Shown in pieces: positions 30,949 through 39,626 of a DNA stretch of 64,000 nt. This stretch comes from an uncultured Ignavibacteriaceae bacterium (lineage in GTDB: Bacteria > Bacteroidota > Ignavibacteria > Ch128b): NCBI GenBank assembly GCA_964527925.1, contig CAZGQO010000001.1, positions 324,808 through 388,807 on the forward strand. Direction: 5' to 3'. The position numbers were made by a program, and so were the translations under genes. Below the pieces are notes generated by a model. That model was given only the letters and a program-made list of their open reading frames with translations. It had not been told where the DNA came from and ran no database searches. Each line of letters starts with the position of its first letter. Position 1 is the stretch's first letter.

Positions 30949-33192
30949 CTACATCATAACTTTCATAGTTAATCTAAAATTTCTTCCAGCTTCAGGATAA
31001 ACTGATTTAATTCTTGAAAGATGATTTCGATATTCTTTATTAAAAACATTATCCATACTTACGACAAAAACCAAAACCATCGTTTTATAAGTTATTAGAT
31101 ACTGCGAATAAAGATTGACGATTGAATAACCGGGAGTTGGTTGTTCAAATTCATCTACTCTTTTTTGACTTAAAGCCCACTCATTTGAAATTCCAGCTTC
31201 AAAATTTTCTTTGATGAATTTTATCGAATTAATTCCTTTGGTTGGTGGAATTTGCGGCAGTGGCTTTTTTGTTTCTCTGAATTCTCCAATTGTGTGATTT
31301 ACAGAAAATTGAAAAGATAAAAACTTCAAGTATTTTATGTTTACTCCAGCTTCAAACCCGTAAAGTTTTGCTGCTACACCTGAAGTTGCATAAATAGGCA
31401 AGAAAGTTTGATAATTAATTCTTCCGGTGTTTCTTGGAATAATGTAAGAATCAAGGTGATTGTAGAACACATTCAAATTAAAATCCAATTTGTCAAATCG
31501 ATGATAAACAAAAGCTTCACTACCCCAGCCCTTCTCTGAACTCAAATCAGGATTTCCAACTTCATAAGAATATGCAGCAAGATGTGGACCTTCAGAAAAT
31601 AATTCTTCAATGGTTGGAACTCGTGTAGATCTACTCAAACTCAAACCTGTATAAACAACATCTGTCAGCTTATAAATCACTGAAACAACCGCTGACAAAT
31701 TGAAGAATTCTCGTTTTCTAATTTCACCAATTCGTGGACTTGTTTTTTTAACTTTAGGATCAACCACATCATAACTCAATCTGAGAGCACCATCCACACT
31801 TAATCTCTTTAGATGAAAATCCTGATAAATGAATGAAGAGAGATTAAATGAAGTTGTCGGTGGAGTAAAAACATATCCGCCAATTTCAAAATTTCTGTGT
31901 TCAAACGAGAAACCTATTTCTCCTGAGCTTAAAATTCCATCATTCTCATAATCATAAGTTATTCTACCAGAGTTAGTATTAATTCTAAATTCACTCCCAA
32001 TCAATCCACTTTTCTCAAACTCTTTATGTCTGTAATAATCGTAGTTATATTTAATGTTTATTGATTTCTTCTCGTTGTCCCATTTGAATTTAGAGTTAAC
32101 TGAAAATTGTCGTTTAGCTATTTGAATGTTCACACCATAAGGATGTGCACCAATAAATCCACCTGGAATTCCATACTCTAATTGATAAATTCTAAAACCT
32201 GAACCAACAAAGCCAAAATCTTTAATAAAACTTGAACCTGCTGAAAGTTCGTGATTCTTAGAAAATGAATTTTTTAAGATTCCAATTGGTGTTGAAAGAT
32301 CTGAGGTTTTTCTCTGCGAAGCCATTACTCTAAATTGAAAAGGTTTTATTGGTGCATCGAATTTGAATGAACCGAGTAATCCTTTGTTAACAGATTCATA
32401 ATAACTCCCTGCTAAGAAATGAATTGTATTGTGAACAACATCAGGAATCTCCTCTCGTATAACATTAATTACTCCACCTATTGATGAAGAAGTGAAAGTT
32501 AAAATTTTTGGACCACGTAAAACCTCCATTCTTTCTGAATTAAATGGTTCAATTGTAACAGCGTGATCAGGAGAAGTTGCTGATAAGTCAATTGATTTCA
32601 TTCCATCTTCTGTTATCAAAACTCTATCCTGACCTAAGCCTCTAAAAACAGGTCTTGAAGGTGCTGGACCCATTGAACGCAAAGAAATTCCAGCTTCATT
32701 TTTTAATGTTATAGCCAGATTCTGACCAAGTTTTTGATGTAAATCTTTCCCCGATAATTTGTAATTATATTCCTGCAATTCATCTATCAAGTTACTGTTC
32801 CTCTCACCTGAGACAATTACCGGATTTAAGTTAATCGTTTTTGGAAAAAGATAAACAACAATTTTCTTGTCTTTTTCTTCTTCAAGATCTATATCAATTA
32901 GTTTTTCTTGAAATCCGAGATGAGTAAGCTTTATTCGAAAAGTCTTTGTGGTAATTGGTCCAATTTCAAAACTTCCATCTTTTTTTGATGTAGTGTAGAT
33001 ATTGAGATCAATTATCTGAATAACAGCATTACTAATAGGTTCAGAATTTTCGGCATTTAAGATTCTTCCTGCTATCTTGACCGGCAATTCAATTGCAAAC
33101 AAAACATTATTCAATAATAGAAAGAGGATGGATACGATAATGTATCCACCCACAAAATTTTTATTAATTTTTGATCTATCTTTCATCTTCAA
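30949..33192 (-). CDS. TonB-dependent outer-membrane receptor (CarboxypepD_reg-like N-domain, plug and beta-barrel)
   Basis: 747 aa. Signal peptide; plug-domain region LRSMGPAPSRPVFRGLGQDRVLITEDGM...; long beta-barrel with C-terminal aromatic residues. Confidence 0.8.
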   Translation of the reverse strand: MKMKDRSKINKNFVGGYIIVSILFLLLNNVLFAIELPVKIAGRILNAENSEPISNAVIQIIDLNIYTTSKKDGSFEIGPITTKTFRIKLTHLGFQEKLIDIDLEEEKDKKIVVYLFPKTINLNPVIVSGERNSNLIDELQEYNYKLSGKDLHQKLGQNLAITLKNEAGISLRSMGPAPSRPVFRGLGQDRVLITEDGMKSIDLSATSPDHAVTIEPFNSERMEVLRGPKILTFTSSSIGGVINVIREEIPDVVHNTIHFLAGSYYESVNKGLLGSFKFDAPIKPFQFRVMASQRKTSDLSTPIGILKNSFSKNHELSAGSSFIKDFGFVGSGFRIYQLEYGIPGGFIGAHPYGVNIQIAKRQFSVNSKFKWDNEKKSINIKYNYDYYRHKEFEKSGLIGSEFRINTNSGRITYDYENDGILSSGEIGFSFEHRNFEIGGYVFTPPTTSFNLSSFIYQDFHLKRLSVDGALRLSYDVVDPKVKKTSPRIGEIRKREFFNLSAVVSVIYKLTDVVYTGLSLSRSTRVPTIEELFSEGPHLAAYSYEVGNPDLSSEKGWGSEAFVYHRFDKLDFNLNVFYNHLDSYIIPRNTGRINYQTFLPIYATSGVAAKLYGFEAGVNIKYLKFLSFQFSVNHTIGEFRETKKPLPQIPPTKGINSIKFIKENFEAGISNEWALSQKRVDEFEQPTPGYSIVNLYSQYLITYKTMVLVFVVSMDNVFNKEYRNHLSRIKSVYPEAGRNFRLTMKVMM

Positions 33193-33197
33193 ATACC

Positions 33198-33671
33198 TTA
33201 TCTGCTCATTAAAACTTTCACTGGAATTTTTTCGGATCTGAAATCTGGATGACCTTCGTGAAGAATAAAAAATTCAATTTGAGTTGTTCCAGGTTTTTTA
33301 CCGGCAAGATGAAATTCATAACTTCCCTCTTCGCCCTCGTACTGCCAGATTGAAACAATTGAAGTGTCCTGAATTTCCCACGCCAATGGTTGTTTCTTGT
33401 AATCGGGTGGATCAATTTCCTGTTTCTCTGGACTTAAAAATTTTACTTCAATTCCTGCAGTCATCTGGCTGGCAAAGACATAAAAGGTATCCTGCGTAAC
33501 TCCACGAAAAATTTCTGCAATTTTAATTCCTGATTCATAAAAAACCATTCCTTCAGCTTCGAAGTGTTCTTCAGCTGGTGATAATGGATCACCTTTTGAG
33601 CAGGAATTAAAAGTATATAATCCAATAAATAAGAATAAGATTAAATAAGATTTCAAAATTAGAGACTTCAT
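33198..33671 (-). CDS. Hypothetical lipoprotein
   Basis: 157 aa with a lipobox (LYTFNSC). Ends 6 nt before the TonB-receptor start, so probably co-transcribed. Confidence 0.5.
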   Translation of the reverse strand: MKSLILKSYLILFLFIGLYTFNSCSKGDPLSPAEEHFEAEGMVFYESGIKIAEIFRGVTQDTFYVFASQMTAGIEVKFLSPEKQEIDPPDYKKQPLAWEIQDTSIVSIWQYEGEEGSYEFHLAGKKPGTTQIEFFILHEGHPDFRSEKIPVKVLMSR

Positions 33672-33744
33672 AAATTCACTCCTTTATTTTTTACAAAAAA
33701 AATGATTAATGATTTTCGTTGTTTATTCTTAAAGCCAGTTACTT

Positions 33745-34083
33745 TTAGGAGTGAATGGGCGGAGCTCGTAATTTTATTGATTGAAGATGATGTGAGTTTG
33801 GTGAGTGATTATCTTGATAATAGAAATAATCAATCGATTGAAAGAGGTCTATGTAATTGTTGAAAGAACTTGCAATAACTGAATTAATATTTTTATAAGT
33901 TAAATTGACTAAACAATTATCATGTGAGTGAAGGTTAAATGATTTTCCGTTAAAAACATTATAAATCTGATTCTGTGAATTAATGAAAATATTTACAGTA
34001 TGATAATGATAAACATTAGCTGAAAGAAGCCCAAGATAAGCCGTTATAATTAATAACGAAGTATGTAAACTATATTTTTTCAT
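33745..34083 (-). CDS. Small secreted His/Tyr-rich protein, hypothetical
   Basis: 112 aa with a signal peptide. HYH, HSH and HSPNSHH clusters suggest metal binding. A gene call only, from ORF and signal peptide. Confidence 0.35.
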   Translation of the reverse strand: MKKYSLHTSLLIITAYLGLLSANVYHYHTVNIFINSQNQIYNVFNGKSFNLHSHDNCLVNLTYKNINSVIASSFNNYIDLFQSIDYFYYQDNHSPNSHHLQSIKLRAPPIHS

Positions 34084-34199
34084 TTCCTTCTTACAAGTAA
34101 GATGTAAAAAATTAAGTTTTGTTTCAATGTATTCTTTTATTACTAAATCTATAAAAATGATTTCTTATTTTTGCATCGAACCATTCAATAAAATATGGA

Positions 34200-35294
34200 A
34201 TGAAAGAAAAGATAAATCTAAAAGGCAAAACTCTGGATGAATTGCAGCAATTTTTTGAAGACATAAACGAAGACAGGTATCGTGCACTTCAGGTATTTCA
34301 GTGGCTTTACAGCAAACGGGTTGATAGTTTTGATGCAATGACCAATCTTTCAAAAGCACTAAGATCAAAACTCGAACAAATTGCATTCATAAAATCACTC
34401 GAACTTGTTGAAATTCAGTTTTCTCAAAAAACGGAGACAAAAAAATTTCTTTCCCGATGTGATGATGGTTCTTTGATTGAATCAGTTTTAATTCCTGATC
34501 AGGATAGATTAACTCTCTGTTTATCAACTCAGGTTGGTTGTCCTCTGGATTGTCAATTTTGTGCAACGGGACAGATGGGTTATAGAAGAAACCTTTCTGT
34601 TTATGAGATTGTTGATCAGTTCATTCAAACCAGCAAACATTCAAATCGACCCATTACTAACATTGTCTACATGGGAATGGGAGAACCATTCTTAAATTAT
34701 GAGAATACAATCAAGTCACTTTCAATTTTTTCATCAGATCAAGCATTCGATATTTCTGGTAGAAAAATAACTGTTTCAACTGTTGGGATTCCAGAAAAAA
34801 TCATTGACTTTGCACATCAACCATTCAAAGGTAAGCTTGCGTTTTCTCTCCACTCGACTGATGAAGAGATAAGATCTCTAATAATGCCAATCAACAAAAA
34901 ATATTCACTCAAACAAAACATCGAAGTACTTGAATATTTTTATAAGCAAACAAGAAGAAGAATTACATTTGAATATATCCTATTGAAAGGAATAAATGAT
35001 TCTGAAAAAGATATTCAGGGTTTGGTTAAACTGAGTAAAAGGATCCCAAGCAAAATAAATATCATTCCATTTAACTCAATTGCACATACAAATCCGAGAG
35101 GACTTGGTTCGCAGCTTAAACCAACATCACAGGAAGAGTTTGATGAATTTGTGAATAAGCTGAGAAGAAATAATCTCACTGTGTTTGTAAGAAACACAAA
35201 AGGAAGTGATATTGAAGGTGCCTGCGGTCAGCTTGCAGTTAAAACTATTCGTGGTGCAAAAATCAGCTTAAAAGAATTTTCAACTAATATTTAG
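34200..35294 (+). CDS. rlmN: 23S rRNA (adenine2503-C2)/tRNA methyltransferase, radical SAM
   Basis: 364 aa. CPLDCQFCATGQMG (CxxxCxxC) and the conserved C-terminal GSDIEGACGQL motif. Confidence 0.9.
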   Translation: MKEKINLKGKTLDELQQFFEDINEDRYRALQVFQWLYSKRVDSFDAMTNLSKALRSKLEQIAFIKSLELVEIQFSQKTETKKFLSRCDDGSLIESVLIPDQDRLTLCLSTQVGCPLDCQFCATGQMGYRRNLSVYEIVDQFIQTSKHSNRPITNIVYMGMGEPFLNYENTIKSLSIFSSDQAFDISGRKITVSTVGIPEKIIDFAHQPFKGKLAFSLHSTDEEIRSLIMPINKKYSLKQNIEVLEYFYKQTRRRITFEYILLKGINDSEKDIQGLVKLSKRIPSKINIIPFNSIAHTNPRGLGSQLKPTSQEEFDEFVNKLRRNNLTVFVRNTKGSDIEGACGQLAVKTIRGAKISLKEFSTNI

Positions 35295-35301
35295 GTGGAT
35301 T

Positions 35302-36204
35302 ATGACAACAAAAAATAATCTTACAAAAATAGCTCTGATCCAAATGGCAATGGAAGCAGACACTTCAAAAAATTTGAAAAAAGCAAAACAGATGGTAACT
35401 GATGCTTTAAAAAAAGGGGCAAGGATTATCTGCTTACCGGAAATGTATAAATCACTTTACTTTTGTCAGAAAGAAGATCACGAATTCTTCAAACTTGCTG
35501 AACCATTCGATGGTGAATCATTTAATGAATTCTCTCCGCTTGCAGAAAAACATCACGCTGTTTTAATAGTCCCAATCTTTGAAAAAATGACCAATGGAAT
35601 TTATTACAATAGTTTGATTGTAATTACACCCGAGGGAGAAATAAGAAATCTTTATCGCAAAATGCACATTCCTGATGATCCACATTATTATGAGAAATTT
35701 TATTTCACTCCTGGCGATATTGGTTTTGTTTCGACAGAAACAAAATATGGAAATATTGGAACACTAATTTGCTGGGATCAATGGTTTCCTGAAGCTGCAA
35801 GAATCACTGCACTACTTGGTGCAGAAATAATTTTTTATCCCACGGCAATTGGCTGGCATCCATCGGAAAAAGAAAAATATGGAGAAACTCAGAGAGAAAG
35901 CTGGATGACAATTCAACGAAGTCATGCAATCGCAAATGGTGTTTATGTCGCTGCAGTGAACAGAGTCGGTTTCGAAAAAGTAGATGAAAATAATGACGGT
36001 ATTATTTTCTGGGGTTCTTCATTTGTGTGCGATCCACAGGGAAGCATAATTGCTCAGGCTTCGGAAAACAACGAAGAAATTCTTTTCGCCGATATTGATT
36101 TTAGTAAGATTGATGTTGTCAGAACTCACTGGCCGTTTTTCAGAGATCGTCGAATTGATTTCTATCAAGATATTTTAGAACGTTTTCTTGGCGATAGGTT
36201 GTGA
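35302..36204 (+). CDS. aguB: N-carbamoylputrescine amidase (carbon-nitrogen hydrolase)
   Basis: 300 aa. ICLPEM (Glu), RKMHIP (Lys) and the LICWDQWFPEAAR catalytic Cys motif diagnostic of AguB/CPA. Confidence 0.75.
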   Translation: MTTKNNLTKIALIQMAMEADTSKNLKKAKQMVTDALKKGARIICLPEMYKSLYFCQKEDHEFFKLAEPFDGESFNEFSPLAEKHHAVLIVPIFEKMTNGIYYNSLIVITPEGEIRNLYRKMHIPDDPHYYEKFYFTPGDIGFVSTETKYGNIGTLICWDQWFPEAARITALLGAEIIFYPTAIGWHPSEKEKYGETQRESWMTIQRSHAIANGVYVAAVNRVGFEKVDENNDGIIFWGSSFVCDPQGSIIAQASENNEEILFADIDFSKIDVVRTHWPFFRDRRIDFYQDILERFLGDRL

Positions 36205-36207
36205 AAT

Positions 36208-37245
36208 ATGAAATTGAGATTACCTGCAGAATGGGAAACTCACGAAGCAACATGGATTAGCTGGTCTTATAACAAAGAAGATTGGCCCGGAAAGTTTTCC
36301 CCTATTACATGGGTCTTTGCTGAGATTGTTAAAAAATTAGTCAAAGGTGAACAGGTTTATATAATTGTGAGAGATGATAAACATAAAAAATCTGCCATCA
36401 ATATTTTGAGAAAAGTTGGCGCTGATTTGAGTCAGATAATTTTTGTTGAACAGAAAACTGACAGAAACTGGTTGAGAGATTCAAGTTCATTTTTTGTGAA
36501 AGATGAAAATCAAAAAGTTCATCCTGTTCGATTTCAGTTTAATGCCTGGGCGAAGTACAAAAACTTCAAGCTTGATCAGAAAATACCTTTTACAATTTCA
36601 AAAGTGATTAATAAAAAATTAATTGATGCAGTTTATAACGATAAACTTGTAGTGCTTGAAGGTGGTGCAATTGATACAAATGGGCAGGGAACAATAATCA
36701 GTACGGAAGAATGTCTGCTGGATGAAAAAACTCAAACGCGAAATCCAGGTTTTACGAAAAAAGATTACGAGAAAGTTTTTGAGAAATATTTTGGATGCAA
36801 GAATATTATCTGGCTTAAAAAAGGAATTGCTGGTGATGATACACATGGACACATTGACGATGTTTGTCGATTTGTAAATTCAAATACAGTTGTTCTTTGC
36901 ATCGAAAAAAATCCCTACGATGAGAATTACAAAATTCTGCAGGAAAATAAAGAAATACTTCAATCAGCAAAGCTGGAAGACGGAAATAAAATAAATGTAG
37001 TCGAACTTCCAATGCCAGAACCATTGTATTTTGATGGTCAAAGATTGCCAGCAAGCTATGCAAATTTTTACATTTCCAATAAATATGTTCTCGTTCCAAC
37101 TTTCAATGATCCAAACGATAGAATTGCACTCGGAATTCTAAGCGAATTTTTCTCTGGTAGAAAAGTTGTTGGAATTCATGCAGTTGATCTTGTTTGGGGA
37201 CTTGGAACAATTCATTGTCTAACTCATCAACAACCTGCTGAATGA
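36208..37245 (+). CDS. aguA: Agmatine deiminase
   Basis: 345 aa. The C-terminal GLGTIHCLTHQQP catalytic-Cys motif and the overall match to the PAD_porph family are the evidence. Confidence 0.8.
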   Translation: MKLRLPAEWETHEATWISWSYNKEDWPGKFSPITWVFAEIVKKLVKGEQVYIIVRDDKHKKSAINILRKVGADLSQIIFVEQKTDRNWLRDSSSFFVKDENQKVHPVRFQFNAWAKYKNFKLDQKIPFTISKVINKKLIDAVYNDKLVVLEGGAIDTNGQGTIISTEECLLDEKTQTRNPGFTKKDYEKVFEKYFGCKNIIWLKKGIAGDDTHGHIDDVCRFVNSNTVVLCIEKNPYDENYKILQENKEILQSAKLEDGNKINVVELPMPEPLYFDGQRLPASYANFYISNKYVLVPTFNDPNDRIALGILSEFFSGRKVVGIHAVDLVWGLGTIHCLTHQQPAE

Positions 37246-38108
37246 TTATGATGTGGATTCCCCTTGCATTTGGCGTTGCACTTTTCGATTCACTTAAAAA
37301 TGTCCTCGCAAAACATACTCTCAAAAATATTGATGAGTATGTAGTTGCCTGGTCAAATTCGTTCTTTTCAGCATTGTTTTTAATTCCAATTTTATTTCTG
37401 GGAATCCCTGAAATTAAACCAATGTTTTTTGTTGGACTGATAGTCAGCGGTTCGCTGAATATTGCTGCGTTAGTTTTCTTTATGAAGTCAATCAAGTCTG
37501 GTGATTTGTCGAACACTGTTCCTTTAACTACACTTTCGCCGCTTCTTTTGTTAATTACATCTCCAATCATTGTTGGTGAATTTCCTTCGTTTCAAGGAAT
37601 ACTGGGAATGATATCGATTGTTGCTGGTGCGTATTTATTGAATTTTAAAAGCACTCAAGAAGATTTTTTGATGCCATTTAAATCGATTGTAAAAGAAAAA
37701 GGATCCAGATATATGATGATTGTTGTTTTAATCTGGGCAATCACAGCAAACTTCGATAAAATTGGTGTGGTTAATTCTTCGCCTTTGTTTTATTCTTTCG
37801 TTGTTCAATTATACATCGGTACATTGATGCTGCCATTGATTTACGCGAAGCACAAAAAAAATCATGCAGAGATAAACACCAATATCCAAGCATTGATTGG
37901 GGTAGGTTTTCTATCTACACTGACAATCATCTGTCACATGCTGGCAATTAGTATGACCATTGTCCCATATGTAATTTCAATTAAACGGACAAACTCGATT
38001 TTGAGTGTGATCTTCGGAAGAATTTTCTTCAAAGAAGGTTTTTTGAAGGAAAGATTATTAGCAGCTACTCTGATGTTTATTGGTGTTTTGTTGATAACTT
38101 TTGCTTGA
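37242..38108 (+). CDS. EamA-like (DMT superfamily) transporter
   Basis: 288 aa with 10 TM helices in two EamA repeats. 4-nt overlap with aguA. Confidence 0.7.
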   Translation: MIMMWIPLAFGVALFDSLKNVLAKHTLKNIDEYVVAWSNSFFSALFLIPILFLGIPEIKPMFFVGLIVSGSLNIAALVFFMKSIKSGDLSNTVPLTTLSPLLLLITSPIIVGEFPSFQGILGMISIVAGAYLLNFKSTQEDFLMPFKSIVKEKGSRYMMIVVLIWAITANFDKIGVVNSSPLFYSFVVQLYIGTLMLPLIYAKHKKNHAEINTNIQALIGVGFLSTLTIICHMLAISMTIVPYVISIKRTNSILSVIFGRIFFKEGFLKERLLAATLMFIGVLLITFA

Positions 38109-38208
38109 TTTTATTTATTTATTCTTCTTTTCTAAATCATGATTAGAAATTGAAGTGCAAAAATTTGTTGAGTTGATAAAGATCAGCTATGAAAAATAAA
38201 TCTTCACT

Positions 38209-38877
38209 TCATTCATTAAGAGAAAAATAAATATTGCCATTCTCTTCTTGATGCAAAAAAAGAACGCCAAACCTTACAAGTTTAACCAGAATTCTCTGAG
38301 CTCGCCTTTCAGAAATATTTACAAGTCGACAAAATTCTCTTGTATTGATTCTTTCATTTTTCTCGAGATAGTCAAATAATGCTTTCTCTTTTCTTCCAAG
38401 TTTGAATTCCGATTCAAGATGATCATCTGATGATGTATGCAGAAATTTAATCATCTCTTTTGATGCAAGAACTGATTTAGATTTCATCCGCACAAAAACT
38501 TTAGCGGTTTTGTAATTCAAATACGGCTGATAATCCTGCAATCTATGCGGTTTGTTTTTGCTTTCTTTGATTTCACCAATCACAACATCTTTACCATCAA
38601 TTTCCAGCACATAAGTACTTATGTCAATCGAAGGTTCACAATAATTTTGGGCTGTTTCTTTCAGCAATTCTTCTGTTTCCTTTTCGCTTTTGACACCAAC
38701 AATTTCTCCATTATCATCAACACCGAAGAAAATTAATCCACCTTTAGAATTTGCAAAGGCAATAATTTCGCGGGCAATTTTTTCAAAAGAAGTAAATTTT
38801 CTTTTGAACTCTACTTTTGAACCTTCACCTTCGGAAATTAACCTTAATGCTTCCTGTTCGTTAAGTTCTACATTCAT
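38209..38877 (-). CDS. Putative transcriptional regulator with AlbA_2 (Schlafen-like divergent-AAA) domain and C-terminal HTH
   Basis: 222 aa. GSKVEFKRKF..IAREIIAFANSKGGLIFFGVDDNGEIVGV matches the AlbA_2 putative DNA-binding domain. C-terminal INTREFCRLVNISERRAQRILVKLV is a winged HTH. Confidence 0.55.
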   Translation of the reverse strand: MNVELNEQEALRLISEGEGSKVEFKRKFTSFEKIAREIIAFANSKGGLIFFGVDDNGEIVGVKSEKETEELLKETAQNYCEPSIDISTYVLEIDGKDVVIGEIKESKNKPHRLQDYQPYLNYKTAKVFVRMKSKSVLASKEMIKFLHTSSDDHLESEFKLGRKEKALFDYLEKNERINTREFCRLVNISERRAQRILVKLVRFGVLFLHQEENGNIYFSLNE

Positions 38878-38879
38878 TT

Positions 38880-39626
38880 TTAGTCTGGTAAAATTGCTGA
38901 ATTCATTCTGCTTAGTGCAATATTTTTTCGTCTCACAACAAATCTGCTGTTGTCAACTGGAGAATGTCGTAGTGGTGATGGAATTACTGCAACAATTCTT
39001 GCAATCTGTTCACGAGTAAGTTTACTTACATCTTTATTAAAATATTTTTTACTTGCTTCACCAATTCCAAAAATTCCATCTCCAAGTTCAATCACATTTG
39101 CATAATGTTCGAGTATGGTTTGTTTGGGCAATTCTTTTTCCATTCTAATTGCTGTGAGAATTTCTTTTGCTTTCCTGAAATAATGTCTTCGAGTTGAAAA
39201 ATAAATATTTTTTGCCAGCTGCATTGTGATGGTGCTTCCACCTTTAACAATTTTCCCTCTTCTGAGATTAACTCTTGCAGCGAGTTGAATACTTTCCCAA
39301 TCAATTCCTCGATGCGATGCAAATCCATCATCTTCCATTACGAGAAAAGTCTGTTTGAATTGCAGTGGAATTTCTTCGTAATCAACCCAATCTTGCTGTG
39401 GAAAATAAATCAGAAAATTTTCGAGTGATCTTTGCTCCATCACAGCTGAAATTCTTGTTCGAGTTAATTCAAGAGCGGGAATTTGAAATCCTGGAACAGC
39501 TAGATAAAAAATTATAATTGCTGATAAGAAGAAAAATTTTACTTTCGATTTTTGATATAGTCTTTCTTTTACGAATTGGTAATAATAAGCAAGTTCAAGT
39601 TCAGAATTTTCAAATTTGGTTTTCAC
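38880..39626 (-). CDS. mtgA: Monofunctional biosynthetic peptidoglycan transglycosylase (GT51)
   Basis: 248 aa with an N-terminal TM. EDDGFASHRGIDWESI and GGSTITMQLAKN glycosyltransferase-51 motifs. Confidence 0.75.
   Translation of the reverse strand: MKTKFENSELELAYYYQFVKERLYQKSKVKFFFLSAIIIFYLAVPGFQIPALELTRTRISAVMEQRSLENFLIYFPQQDWVDYEEIPLQFKQTFLVMEDDGFASHRGIDWESIQLAARVNLRRGKIVKGGSTITMQLAKNIYFSTRRHYFRKAKEILTAIRMEKELPKQTILEHYANVIELGDGIFGIGEASKKYFNKDVSKLTREQIARIVAVIPSPLRHSPVDNSRFVVRRKNIALSRMNSAILPD

Noticed and set aside
33218-33499. Small ORFs (33218-33415 minus, 33284-33499 plus) inside the lipoprotein gene
   Set aside because: Nested within 33198-33671, which has a lipobox signal peptide. 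Alternative-frame artifacts.
34165-34386. 73-aa minus-strand ORF overlapping the rlmN 5' end
   Set aside because: Overlaps the well-supported rlmN start region on the opposite strand. No RBS.
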